Shown here in pieces: positions 12,692-25,666 of a DNA stretch of 64,000 bases. This DNA is from Octopus sinensis. Lineage: Eukaryota. Below the pieces are notes generated by a model that did no database searches, was not told the origin of the DNA, and saw only the letters and a program-made list of their open reading frames with translations. Position 1 is the first letter of the stretch. Each line of letters opens with the position of its first letter. The DNA lies in contig NC_043009.1 in NCBI RefSeq assembly GCF_006345805.1, forward strand, positions 60,760,001-60,824,000, read 5' to 3'. The position numbers and the translations under genes were made by a program.

Positions 12692-13320
12692 ACCTGGTCT
12701 GATCAATAAGTATCCGGACTATTGCCATAATACCAAAGTTAAAGTACATAGTGAAGCCACTGGGCACAGATTGACCTTGAACTCTGCAGTGCATGTGCAC
12801 TAAGTTTTAACATTCTGGTTCACTTCTGCTCAGCAGTGCTTGGAAGTAATGGGATCATCACACTGACCACGACAGAGAAAGTCGAGCAGAGAATCTGCAT
12901 CAAATTTTGCCAAAAGCTTGGTGATACCGGCTCAGAGGCCTACGCAAAGTTTTCAAAAGGTTTTCATCATTCTTGACACAATGAAGGAGATCTTGTGCAA
13001 CTGAAACCCAAGTGTCTTTTTGGTCAGCTGAAAGTAGTTTTGGTACAAACTTGGCAATCATGTGTCCCATGCCCAAATCTTCAGTGATAATGGACTGGAC
13101 TGGACTGAACCGAACCATAACTTATCTTCTGATAACTCACAGATGGTGATTCGACGATCTCACCTCATTGCATGTACATCTGTGACATTTTTTTCAGTCG
13201 TCTTGGAAATGTTTGAACCACTCGTACACTTGTGTGCAACTCGTACGCTCCTCTCCATACACTTTTTGCAACTTTATGTAGACCTCTGTTGTACATCTCT
13301 GACATGATCAGTAATATTTT
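12692..13320. mobile_element. mariner remnant with internal inversion
   Basis: TIR GGTCTGATCAATAAGTATCCGGACT. The plus strand has EQRICIKFCQKLG, and the adjacent segment is inverted (minus strand IITEDLGMGHMIAKFVPKLLSADQK). Confidence 0.8.
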
Positions 13321-13359
13321 GCTGTCTTAAATCTATGACTTGGATGCTAACATTCAACT

Positions 13360-13643
13360 TCCATGACCGATATCCAAACTACAGTGGAGAAGGCTAGCCA
13401 CTGGATTTGGTTAAAAAGAGACGATGAGCGATGGCTAGAAGAATATTGAACTATATTTGATAACCAGTTGATCTAGCAAGCGGGGCCTCATATCAGTGAG
13501 GGGGACCGGTGCGCATTGATGCCGTCGAGAGGTAGGCCCCCAAATGGTACGCATTCTCTCCTGGTGACCCCATACACTTGCTGGCTTCTGGTATGCGGAG
13601 TTTTTGACTGGTAGCACTTGCATGTGCAAGTGGTTTGCAAGAC
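13360..13643 (+). mobile_element. Second, shorter HERO-like 3' fragment
   Basis: MTDIQTTVEKASHWIWLKRDDERWLEEY* plus 3' UTR. It is the reverse complement of ~25670-25944. Confidence 0.8.
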
Positions 13644-15628
13644 ATTCATCTATGATCAGGTTAGTGGTACTCTACTTCATTAAGACATACATTTATGTAC
13701 TGGTTTTCAATATTCTTTCAGTGATTTTCTTCAGTTTTCTCAAAGCTATACTGGTTAAAACCTTCGTTGCAAAGCTCAGAAAAAAGCTCCACAACAATTA
13801 GAGGTTGCTTTTCAGTACCAGTTGAACACTGGAGTCGATGTAATCAACTCATCCCTCCCCCAAAATGGGTACCCTTGTGGAAAAATTTGAAACCATTGTT
13901 ATTTAAGTCAGCGAGCTGGCAGAATTGTTAGCACACTAGCCAAAATGCTTAGCAGTATAGCATTTGTGTTTACGTTTTGAGTTCAAATCCTGCTGGAATT
14001 GATAAATTAAGTACCAGTGAAACACTGGGGTTGATATTATCAACTTATCCCCTCCCCAAAAATTTCAGGCCTTATGCCTTTAGTAGAAAGGATTATTATT
14101 ATTATTATTGAGTGAGAGAGCAGTGCATGCCATCAAAATGACACATTGGGATAAAATATACGAAGCCCAGTATACCCATCATGGCCAGCTCCTGTCAAGC
14201 CATCCAACCCATGCCAGCATGGGTTGGATGATGATGCTTTAATTCACCTTGCTTTCACTGGGAATAGGTACTAGATCTATCTAGTTCAGCTTCAGATCAG
14301 AATCTATCTCTCATCTCAGTAAGCCTTGCCATTGGATTCACACTTTGGTTCTCATTACAGTGCTGGTTTACATCAACTTATTCTACATTCGGCTTATCAC
14401 ATTATAAAACCTCCCATCACCAAGAGAGTATCTCCATCAGTCATCAGAGATTTTTCTACTAAGCAGTTTAATTACTGCTACCCTGTATTGTTAAACTGCT
14501 GTAACCACCAGGCTTTCTATAAGTACCACCAAGTGTTGTTGTTTTCAAAGTTAGAATTTTCAAGTTCTGTTTCTGGTTTTATTCTGTTTTAATTTCATTC
14601 ATGGAGCATTTGCATGCTTTATCAGAAGTTACCCTAGTCTCTAACCAGTTTTGAGTTCTTTACCAAGTATTTTAGCAGTTAGTGTTATTGTGTGCATTAT
14701 GTATAGTTGATTGTCTCAATTCAATTCCTTATCGATGCTTATTTTATCAACTTTCAAGGAAACAATAGTTAAACCTGACTTTGTCTAGATTTGAACTCAG
14801 AAATACAAGCCAGTAAACTACACTACAGTTAAGTATTCAAACAACAATCTACAGTCTTGGCTGCCACACTTCCTGAAACTATATTAATAATAACAAGACA
14901 AATAATGCAGATAATGATGTAAGCCATCAACATTATTACCATTAACAGCACCATCACTCCCATCTCTCTTTTATTGGTAGAGATTTAATTATATTTCTAT
15001 ATTGTGTGTTATTTTACTTTCATATTATTTATACTTTGTTCTTTTACTTAGTAAGCTGACTATGATATTATATAGGTTGTATCAAGTTAGCATAATTCTG
15101 GTTTCCATTTCCTTCTGAAAAAGATCAATACTTGATTATGTTTTGGTTGGCTGCCAATTGGCTTATTTGGTTGGATTTATTTAGATTTTCCCAAGAAGGG
15201 AATATTCTATCATAGCTTAACTATTTTTTTTTAATATCATTAATGATTACAAGGTGGCAAGCTGGCAGAGTTGCTATCATGCCAAGCTAAATGCTTAGTG
15301 GAATTCCATCTGTCTTTATGTTCTGACTTCAAATTCTACCAAAGTCGACTTTGCCTTTCTTTCTTTCAGGGTTGATAAAATAAGTACCAGTTGAGCACTC
15401 TGGTCAATGTAATCAATTACCCTACCACCTGCACCAAAATTGCTGGCCTTATCCCAAAATTTGAAACCAATATTTATTTAAGATTATGTTGGTTTTAAAA
15501 CAGTTGATATCTCTCTTGCTGTGTTTTCTTTGTAGTTTGACTTAATGATTACTAACAAATATACTTCACCATTCTGTAACAGTTGTTATTGATAACTTTT
15601 CTTTCTTCAACAGAGCCACTGCTGATTA

Positions 15629-15690
<62 letters not shown>

Positions 15691-15869
15691 TGTGTGTGTG
15701 TGTCCCCCCCCTCTCAGTTTCACTGACACTACTTTTATTGATTCAGATGAATAAGTCAACCTCCGCAAAATTCAAAACTGCAATAAATCACCATAATAAA
15801 CACTAGAAATTTCATCTGGCTAACTATCAGGTCTGGTGTGGCCAGTATGACATGAATTTTTTCTTTAAA

Positions 15870-16239
15870 CTAGCAGTATCGCCCGGCGTTGCTCGGGTTT
15901 GTTTCGACCCTTTAGAATTGGAATTTTTGAAAAATAAAAATTTTGCATTATGTAGCTTGTTGTTCTCTTTAAGTGAACATTTTTCTGGTTGAAATACACC
16001 GAAAAATCGTTAAAAAATAGGTATTTTCATAGAAAAAAAAGCATCTTTTTCATGTAAATAATTTTTGGTGTTAACATGGTCCGATTTGAATTTTTTCTTC
16101 TACAGAAGGAAGAACAAGCCTTCTTCTATCATACTCTCAAATTTGGTCAACGTGCACTGCAGGTTCTCAGAGGAGATAGTGTTAGTTGAAGGCTACTAAA
16201 CCTGGCATACTCAGACAACTTCAGCTTTATATATAGAGA
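15870..16239 (-). mobile_element. Non-autonomous Helitron (same family as 1032-1423)
   Basis: Same termini and internal sequence, inserted at an A|T site. Confidence 0.85.
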
Positions 16240-16509
16240 TAACCTTGTTTTTAACCTAACTAGTTATATGAACATCTTGAACGTGGGATGCATTGCAGGT
16301 GAATCCAGGACCCAGTTTTCAACCATGCAACATTGCTAATAATAAAACTAAAAAGTTTTGAAGTATTTATCTCCATTTCCATTTAGTTTTAAGACAGTTG
16401 TAGTCAAATGACACTTTTTGTTTTCTTCCAAAGAAAAGTCATTTACACCTGCAACATTTTTTTTTGTATTTTTTGTTTGCTTCCGTCTGATGAACACCTT
16501 TCTTTCATT

Positions 16510-16532
16510 ATGTTCTTTTTTCTATTTTCAAG
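16510..16532 (+). promoter_or_regulatory. Splice acceptor of the GT31 coding exon (exon starts 16533)
   Basis: Polypyrimidine tract ttcttttttctattttcaAG, ending 112 nt upstream of the ATG. Confidence 0.65.
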
Positions 16533-16644
16533 CTTCAATTCATCATGTGAGAACTTCTGGACTATCTTCTCCTCCCACACCAGATGACATTATTTGGGGA
16601 GAAAGTATAAGAAATAAATAGTCTCCCCAGGAAATTTGGTCGCT

Positions 16645-17955
16645 ATGCGGTGTCGTAAAGTTGCAACCTTCACTCTGCTACTTACCATTTTAGGATTCTA
16701 TTTTATGCTGTCTAGCAAGTACAAATATGTATACTATCACACTAAAGAAAACCATGATAAACCTATAATAACATCACTTCCCAGCCTAAGGGTCACTAAC
16801 GAGCTACCATCATCATTGAATAATAAAAGTAACACCTCTATCTTCAATATCACCACCACCACCACCATGAAGACTACAAAACAGAAACAAGAACCGAAAA
16901 GGAGCATTCATCGTAAAACTGCATACCCATTAACTATAGACAGTCCTTACCTCATAAACAATCCAGATATCTGTAAAGAGGAGAAAGATTTGACTTTCAT
17001 TGTTATTGTCCATACAGCTCCTGACCACACAGATCGACGCCTTTCAATACGGCAAACCTGGGCCAACAAACATTTCTTTAGAAACATGTCCCTGAGGATT
17101 GTCTTTTTGTTAGGAAGAAGTGATAACCCCCAAATCGAATTCCGCATTAAAAACGAAAATCTTATCTACGGAGACCTAGTGCAGGGTGACTTTAAAGATT
17201 CTTATAGAAATTTGACACACAAAGGTGTTCTCGGTTTCAGGTGGATAACTGAAAACTGCCAACATGCCAAAATGGTGATCAAGGTAGACGATGATGTCTT
17301 TGTGAACATTTTTAAGGTATACAAAGAGGTTTACCTGAAATATAAAAACCTTTCTCATTATATTCTCTGTCATGTTCGCAAGAAAAATACAAGTCCAATT
17401 ATTAGGTCAAAAGATCATCTAAAATGGAAAGTCAATGACGACGAGTTCCGTGGTTTTACACATTACCCAACTCCGTATTGTAATGGTTACGCTGTGTTTA
17501 TTGCACCTGATCTCATACGAGGCATGTACCAGGCCTCTTTCACCACACCTTTTTTCTGGATAGATGATGTTTATCTGTATGGACTGCTACCATCAAAGAT
17601 AGCCAATGTAACATACCACAGTTTGGTGGGTTCTTTCAATTTGAATGAAATTACAACTTTGAAGTGTTTCTCTGACAGCAAAATCTGTAAATATTTGGTA
17701 GGTAATTCCTGGCGCAGTGGAAATATGGTGAAACTGTGGTTGTCAACATTAGCAAAACTGGACAAGAACTCTCAGAGCTTAATTGACCATCAGGTCATAT
17801 CAGACACTATGCACATAAACTTGACCCAAGCTTTACATGAGATAAACAAAGAAGTATATAAATTGTACCCTACTAAACCTCCACAAAAGAAAACCCCCAA
17901 AAAGAGTGTTGTGACAAACAAGAAAGCTGCAAAGGAATCAAAACAGAAGGTATAA
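16645..17955 (+). CDS. Beta-1,3-galactosyltransferase-like (glycosyltransferase family 31), type II membrane protein, intronless CDS, 436 aa
   Basis: First ATG is at 16645 (the ORF track starts at TTG 16636). N-terminal signal-anchor VATFTLLLTILGFYFML and a Thr/Ser-rich stem. GT31 motifs: RRLSIRQTW, GDLVQGDFKDSYRNLTHK, KVDDDVFVN (DxD), YCNGYAVF, IDDVYLYG. Stop TAA at 17953-17955. Confidence 0.95.
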   Translation: MRCRKVATFTLLLTILGFYFMLSSKYKYVYYHTKENHDKPIITSLPSLRVTNELPSSLNNKSNTSIFNITTTTTMKTTKQKQEPKRSIHRKTAYPLTIDSPYLINNPDICKEEKDLTFIVIVHTAPDHTDRRLSIRQTWANKHFFRNMSLRIVFLLGRSDNPQIEFRIKNENLIYGDLVQGDFKDSYRNLTHKGVLGFRWITENCQHAKMVIKVDDDVFVNIFKVYKEVYLKYKNLSHYILCHVRKKNTSPIIRSKDHLKWKVNDDEFRGFTHYPTPYCNGYAVFIAPDLIRGMYQASFTTPFFWIDDVYLYGLLPSKIANVTYHSLVGSFNLNEITTLKCFSDSKICKYLVGNSWRSGNMVKLWLSTLAKLDKNSQSLIDHQVISDTMHINLTQALHEINKEVYKLYPTKPPQKKTPKKSVVTNKKAAKESKQKV

Positions 17956-18288
17956 AGATGTGGTATGGGAGCTGGAGGGTGAAAAAAAGATTGAATGGGA
18001 TCTGGAGGACTGAGGGATATTTTCCATTTCTTTGGGGGATTTACATGTGCGTGTGTGCACACGTGTGTATCTATATTGTGTGTGTAAAAATATATATATA
18101 CATATACACACACAGCATGTTCTTGTGGATAATGTACGAATGTGCCATATTGTGTGTGTGTCGGTACATGTGTGTTTGTGTGTATATTGTGTGAGCACAC
18201 ATGCCTAATACACATTATTATAAAGCATAGAAGAATCAATTGGAAAGACTTTTCTCAAGTTATGTGACTGTGATAATGTCAAAAGAAC

Positions 18289-18294
18289 AATAAA
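18289..18294 (+). terminator. Candidate polyadenylation signal of the GT31 gene
   Basis: AATAAA ~335 nt after the stop, in unique AT-rich 3' sequence. Confidence 0.35.
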
Positions 18295-18842
18295 GTATTA
18301 TAATTGAACTAAAATATATCCAAACAGAAAAAATATCTGAACTAAAAGAAATTTGTCATATTTTCCATTTTCCTTTTTCTGTTTGATATAACAAAAAGAA
18401 AATCATAATTGTTAACTAAAAAAATTCTGGATTTGAATGTGTGAAACTATATAAGAATGAAAATAGATTATTTATCATTAAAAATGTAATGTTAACATGA
18501 TTTTGTTGTTTAATATTCTACCTGTTTTTATATATATCATCATCATCGTTTAACATCCGTTTTCCGTGTTGGACGGTTCAACCGAGGTCTGGGAAGCCAG
18601 GAGGCTGCACCAGGCTCAGGGAGTATAACTCCAAACTTACAGGGAAAAATTCAATTTAGTATTAAATCAAATTTCACAGTTTAAATATATAAAATATGAA
18701 TTAGAGATAAAACCACTTAAAAAAAAATTATTTATATTATTTGTTATTTATGTATTGGTTTATGTCTATCACTGTTTGAGTTGCATAATAGTGGTTTTAT
18801 CTCTAATTCATATTATATATATATGTATATATATATATATAT

Positions 18843-19868
18843 GTAGTCTGATCATTAAGTATCTGGACTGTTGCCATAGTAATGAGGCTAAGGCACACAA
18901 TGAAGCTGGTTGGCACAAGTTGGTCTAGAACTCTGCTCTGCATGTGCACTGTTTTAACATTCTAGCTCATTTCCACTGTTTACAGCAGTGCTTGGAAGGA
19001 ACGTGTGTAGTGTGTGATTGTCGCTTTGACCATGAATCTGCATAAAATTTTACCAAAAGCTTGGCAATACCTGCTCAGAGGCCTATGCAATGTTGCAGAA
19101 AGTGTATGGAGAGGAGTGTTTGAGCTGGAAAAAATGTTGATAGTGACAAGTGTTCTGGGAGACCTGCAACCAGCAAAGTTGAGAAAAACATTGCAGATGT
19201 TCATGCAGCCACGAGGGTGGGGGAAATCATCGAATCACCATTTGTGAATTATCAGAGAATGTGCAGATTAGTTATGGTTCAGTTCAGTCCATTATCACTG
19301 AAGACTTGGGTATGAAACACATGACTGCCAAGTTTGTGCCAAAACTGCTCTCAGCTGATAACATACCTGCTCATTCAGCACAGCTTGCATAGCAATTTTT
19401 GGCTAGGCACAGGATTCCCCAGGTCCAGCAGCCACCATATTCCCCAGATCTCACCCCATGTGACTTTTTCCTCTTTGCAAACATCAAGTCCTGCTTAAAA
19501 GGAAGATTTCAGGACATTGAGGAAATCAAAGTGAATGTGACAAGGCAGCTACTGATTACCCCGAAAAAAACAAGTTCCAGGAATGCTTCCATCATCATCA
19601 TCGTTTAACATCAGCTTTCCATGCTAGCATGAGTTGGACGATTTGACTGAGGACTGGCGAACCAGATGGCTGCACCAGGCTCCAATCTTGATCTGGCAGA
19701 GTTTCTACAGCTGGATGCCCTTCCTAACGCCAACCACTCTGAGAGTGTAGTGGGTGCTTTTTATGTGCCACTGGAAGGGGACTACTTTGAGGAGATTAAA
19801 TGCCAAATTGGTACATGTTGTTTTGTTTCTATAGTGTCATTTTGGATATTTATTGATCAGGCCTTGTA
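18843..19868 (+). mobile_element. mariner element, internally deleted, with a SINE fragment inserted (~19590-19771)
   Basis: Both TIRs present (GTCTGATCATTAAGTATC / GATATTTATTGATCAGGC). Motifs AKFVPKLL, PPYSPDLTPCDFFLF and EGDYFE. Confidence 0.85.
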
Positions 19869-20052
19869 TATAGTAATATATAAAGGTAAGCTCCAAGGAT
19901 CAAGGTGAAATGTAAGGAGATAGTAATCTTCAAGCAGTCCAGAGAAGGTATAAAAAAAAAAACAACTTTCAAGAACAACAGAGGTTTAGTGACGTAGATG
20001 GTTGTAAATATTGCCTATATCGAGTTTTCGATAAGCTGAAAAAATTGTTTAA

Positions 20053-20392
20053 TCTCTCTATATATAAACGGCAAAATGTCTGTCTGTGTGTGTGTCCTTT
20101 ATACAAATCCACCATTTTTCAGTTAGAGGGCTCACACTTTCTATGGTCATTCAAAACCGTCCAAGGGTGGTCGTGCACATCTTTACATTTCCCCAGTCAC
20201 CCTGCAAAGCCATTAAAAAATCAGTAGAAGTTACTTTTTTGTGAATTTTCTATCCAAAACCCAATCATAATGCCCAAAACTTGATATGCCAATTGAATGC
20301 CAGCTAGCTGTATGTGATTGGTCAGAGATTTGGACAGTACTCGCATGTATGTGCGCACGCACGCAGCTGTATATACCGGGTCATAGTGCTAG
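20053..20392 (+). mobile_element. Non-autonomous Helitron, third subfamily
   Basis: A|TCTCTCTATATATAAA...CCGGGTCATAGTGCTAG|T. The 3' hairpin is partly lost. Confidence 0.7.
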
Positions 20393-20439
20393 TAACTTAT
20401 GATTAGCAACAGATGTTGGACATAGAGTAGAAATATATA

Positions 20440-20700
20440 AATGCACTGTGTTAAAATAATCTGAAAATTTGAAAACCCTCAAATGGTAAATTGTTGACAG
20501 AATGGGACAAAGGAAAACACTGGAATGGAGCCAACAAGTTCTGAAAGCCATCAATGGAGAATTGAAGAAATTCACTTGTAAATCATATAACAGCTAGAAC
20601 AACAAATGCGATCTGTACATCACAAAAGTCTTCTCTGTTATGCAATTCGTCAATTGTTTGAATGAATTAAATTTGATTTTTATTGCCAAAACAAATTATG
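20440..20700 (+). mobile_element. Highly decayed Penelope-like GIY-YIG C-terminal fragment
   Basis: Fragments LKW*IVD and KSYNS*NNKCDLYITK...NCLN resemble the PLE endonuclease tail. Confidence 0.35.
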
Positions 20701-23700
20701 CAACACTTTCTCAAAGTACAAATAACAGTGCCCCACCTCCCCCACATCATTCCGTAATTATACCTCTGTCCCCTCTTCACAGCACTTCTATGTAATTATA
20801 CCAAACAACTTTCTGACTACCTTCATAATTTTTACATCATTTTATTATTATATTTCTTTTATTTTTTTCATATTTTTTGTTATTTGTATTCCTTTATAGC
20901 TTTCCTAGCATTTTTACCGCCTTATACCTTCCTTATTTCAGTAATATGTTACAGACAGGCGTAGGAGTGGCTGTGTAGTAAGTAGCATGCTTACCAACCA
21001 CATGGTTCCAGGTTCAGTCCCAGTGTGGCACCATGGGCAAGTGTCTTCTACAATAGCCTCAGGCCGACCAAAGCCTTGTGAGTGAATTTGGTAGGCGGAA
21101 ACTGAAAGAAGCCCGTCATATATGTATACATATATATGACGGGCTTCTTTCAGTTTCCGCCTACCAAATTCACTCACAAGGCTTTATACATATATATGTA
21201 TGTGTGTGTCTATATGTTTGTGTGTCCGTGTTTGTCCCCCCCAACATCACTTGACAACCGATGCTGGTGTGTTTAGGTCCCCGTAACTTAGCGGTTCGGC
21301 AAAAGAGACCAATAGAATAAGTACTAGGCGTACATGAGAATATACAATTGCCTATGTGCACATATGCACCTTCTAGATTCTACCTGCACACAAAAAATAC
21401 GTGTGAGCATGCCAATGTGCACTTACATAGTTTTAAAATAAAGTAACACACAAACAACTTACCTAGAACTACTGTGTTCCCCTAGCGACCAGAAACACCT
21501 CTCACCTCTCCTAACAAATTCTTAATTGACACCATTCCTACATCGTCTTTCTCTTTGGACTCTGTTTAAATGTATTTATAGAGTGCCACAATATATATTT
21601 CTTTACTACCCATAAGGGGCTAAACACAGAAAGGACAGACAAACGGATTAAGTCGATTACATCGACCCCAGTGCGTAACTTGTACTTAATTTATCGACCC
21701 TGAAAGGATGAAAGGCAAAGTCGACCTCGGCAGAATTTGAACTCAGAACATAACGGCAGACGAAATACGGTTATGCATTTCGCCAGGTGTGCTAACGTTT
21801 CTGCCAGCTCGCAGCAATATATTTATTTATTTATTCTATTGTAGGCCAGTGAATGACCCCAGTCTAAGACGTGCCCCCCCCCACCACCACCACTACTTGT
21901 CCCCCCTCTTCTTTGACTTTTCATATTCTTATTCTTTTCTTAAACAAGTTTATCCACTCTTGTGTATTACTTCTTCACCAAAATGCTTTCCCTTTTCTTC
22001 TCAGTATTTATGCTTTCCGTGCATTTTTGATTGACTCTCCTGCGAGTCAACATGGGATCACTTGACAATGTAAACTCCTTTTGATTAAAGTATCTTTGGG
22101 CCCAACGAATAGCTAGCAGATTACCCATCATTTGGATAATTACTATTTCTGAGTTTCTGCTAGCTATGAAACAAATAGCCTGGATATTATCTACTCCATT
22201 CCCCAATTGTGTGTGCGTCATGGAAGGAATGACTTGTGACCTTTGGCAATAAGCTGTGCTTGAGAAGAACTATCAAGTCAAGGGAAATCGTAATTGTGGG
22301 CCAGTGCCAGTGCTACATAACTGGCACCCTTGCCAGTGGAACATAAAAAGCACTTTTCAAGTGTTCTGCCTCACAGGGGCATTGACCAAGACCTTTAGCA
22401 ATACGACATACTTGAGTAGAAACCCATCAAATTAAGTGAAATTGTAGCTGTGGCAGAGATACTGGTGTCACACAATTGGCACCTGTGCCGGTGGCATGTA
22501 AAAGTACCCATTACACTCTCAGAGTGATTGGCATTAGGAAGGGTATCCAGCTGTAGAAAACCATGCCAAATCAGACTGGAGTCTGGTGCAGCCCATCGAC
22601 TTACCAGCTCTGGTCAAACTGTCCAATCCATGCCAACATGAACAACGCATGTTAAATGATGATGATTATATGTGTAATGCGGAAAGCTGGCAGAATCGTT
22701 GGCACGCCAGGCGAAATGCTTAGTGGTATTTCATCTGCTGCTACGTTCTGAGTTCAAACTCTGCCAAGGTCAACTTTACCTTTCATCCTTTTGACAATAA
22801 CACATTGACTGTACATCCGTGCTAGTGGAGCGCTAAGAGTACCATCCGAGCATGACCGTTGCCAAAGCAACAAGCTGGCCTCCATGCCGATGGCACGTAA
22901 AAAGCACCATTCGAGCGTGATCGTTACCTGCGTTGCCTTACTGGAACGTGAAAAAACATTCGAGCGAGATCGTTGCCAGTGCCGCTGGACTGGCTCCTGT
23001 GCAGGTGGCACATAAAAAACACCATCTGGTTCGCCAGACCTCAGTCAAATCATCCAACTTGGAAAACGGATGTTAAACGATGGTGATGATGATGATTGTA
23101 CATATTCTATGCAGACAAATCTGTTTGAAATCTACAAGAGCAAAATGATGCAGGAAGTCAGCACTGAGAATAGGATATGGAAAACTCACTTGAACTGATG
23201 CCCCAAATTAAGATCCAAAATCATAAATTTCTCACGATAAGTGGAAATAGAATAGTTAACAGCTTATAATATAAAAGCTAATGGTTTCTGTGAATTGAAT
23301 AAAAATTTAGCTGGCCAAATGCTGCAAGCTGCTCCTGTATCAACTAGGAATCAATGCTTTGAATTAGTTTCACCAAAAAGACACAATATATTGAAACTTT
23401 GACCAGGGATGTAGTTGCCCTTAATATCACTAGTGACACCATTTTCCTGCAATTGAGAAAATGACTTGAAAGGACATGGCTGAGTACACATGTGTGCATT
23501 AACCCATTCGTTACCAACCCGGCCGGAACCGCTTCTGGCTCTGTAGTACAAATGTCTTGTTTTCTTAAGTTTTGAATTAAAATCTTCCATCAAACCTTAG
23601 TCACAATTTATGTTACTAACACTAGCTGAATGGTAACTAAGTTATTTTTCTAAATTCTTTCTTATATTGAGATGGCTAATGGTAAAAGTGGCAGGGAAAG

Positions 23701-23999
23701 GACAAGGGAGAAAAGACCATGGCAGCTATACATGGGTTATTGGTAGATGGTTGAATAGGAAATAGTAAGAGCAGCATGATGGAGATAACCACAAAGATGT
23801 GTCATGGTAAGACTGAGAGGGATATGAGACATTTTGGAATGGCTGTTTTAGTGCTGCCTGTTTGGCGTCACCGATTCAATGCTGACTTATTTGACATCGG
23901 ACATTTTAATGTTTTTCACTCCTTCTCTACATCTCCCACCCCTCTCTCTCTCTCTCTCTTTCTCTGTGAGAGCTTCTCTTTATCTTTATCAGAAATATG

Positions 24000-24093
<94 letters not shown>

Positions 24094-24127
24094 TTTATGT
24101 CAGTTGTGTTCAATTAATAACTTGTAA

Positions 24128-24159
<32 letters not shown>

Positions 24160-24369
24160 AGTATGTGTGTGTACATTTCTGCATCATGTGTGTGTATGTG
24201 TGTTTGCCTCTTGTGCCAAAACAGGTACCATTGCCAAAACAAGTTCTTAGTCCAAACAACTGCACCTAGTTGCCTCATTCTGGATGAAGTGATTGATAAG
24301 AACAGAGACAGATTGTAGTGACTGTGGCAGATGTCAACTAGAACACACACACACCACACACACACCACA

Positions 24370-24408
<39 letters not shown>

Positions 24409-24622
24409 TAAACAGTTTTTAATCCACCAAATCCTACTCACAAAGTATTCATCAACCCGGAGCTTTATCACAAGACACTCAACAAAGTTTTCTAGGTTGT
24501 TGAATAAGCAGATTAAAAAGTCCTTAAATAGACAGCAAAATTTTCCCCAGCCAGAACACAATTAAAAGCAAACAAAACACAAACAGTTTTCTGCAAATTT
24601 ATTTTCCTGGTTTCATAAAAGA

Positions 24623-24780
24623 TTATTCAACAAATCGATAGTTGTCACTAACTATCTTCCAAACGTTCTCTTGAGATGTGAGAATGAAATGTTGATGGAA
24701 TGCTTTGGATTTCTTTCTTGGGAATTTTACCAGACCAAACGTCGTGACCCCAATAGTTGTCTGCCCTTGTGAAACAACAT
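24623..24780 (-). CDS. NXT: NXT1/NXT2-like, terminal coding exon
   Basis: Minus-strand acceptor ctttctctcatttcAG. Joins the 45148-45292 exon in frame (G+AT = Asp). Translates DVVSQGQTTIGVTTFGLVKFPRKKSKAFHQHFILTSQENVWKIVSDNYRFVE*, matching the NXT C-terminus QTTVLV..GSVKF..FNQNFILTAQ..VWKIASDCFRF. Confidence 0.92.
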
Positions 24781-25666
24781 CTGAAATGAGAGAAAGGGAG
24801 AGAGAATAGATTATAAGGATTTTGACCTCAACAAATTGATTTAAACTAGAAGCATTTTACAGCCGAAAATGGATTAAACATGTCATGCCGGTGGCATGTA
24901 GGAGGCACCATTCGAGCGGGATCCTTACCAGCATCGCTTTACTGGCACCTGTGCCACTGGCATGTGTAAAAAAATTTTGAGCGAGGTTGTTGCCAGTATC
25001 ACCTGACTGGCCCCTGTGCCGGTGGCACGTAAAAGCACCCACTACACTCTTGGAGTGGTTGGCATTAGGAAGGGCATCCAGTTGTAGAAACTCTGCCGGA
25101 TCAAGACTGGAACCTGGTGCAGCCATCTCGTTCGCCAGCCCACAGCCAAAATCGTCCAACCCATGCTAGCATGGAAAGCAGACGCTAAACGATGATGATG
25201 ATGATGATTACTCAATCCTTCTCACACTGCTGTTCCACTCCATCCCTTGACCCACAATGAGTAGTTTTTTTAACCCTACTGGGAACCCTCACACTTCCTG
25301 GCCCATGCTATTTCAATCTGAACATGAACCAACAGTCAAGTCACAACTACCAATCTTTCCTTTTCATAACAAACAAAATAAAATATTTTATAGTATGCAT
25401 TCGGTTACATAAACAAACACACACTATCCCCCACCACTACCATCGCCAGCATCACCATCACCATCATCATCACCACCACCACCACCATCATCATTGTATT
25501 GTCTGGTTTTCTACGCTAGTATGGATTCAACAAGTTTCACAACATTCCCTCGCTTTCTGGCAAACACAACAGAGAAAACCCCAGCTGAGTATGTTGTCGT
25601 AGGCATGGTCCTTATGACTGATTGCTCTTTCTATCACTAACTCCACTCTACACCCTGGATAGCATG

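Noticed and set aside
16636-16644. TTG start given by the ORF track for the GT31 gene
   Set aside because: This is a eukaryotic gene, and the in-frame ATG at 16645 directly precedes the signal anchor.
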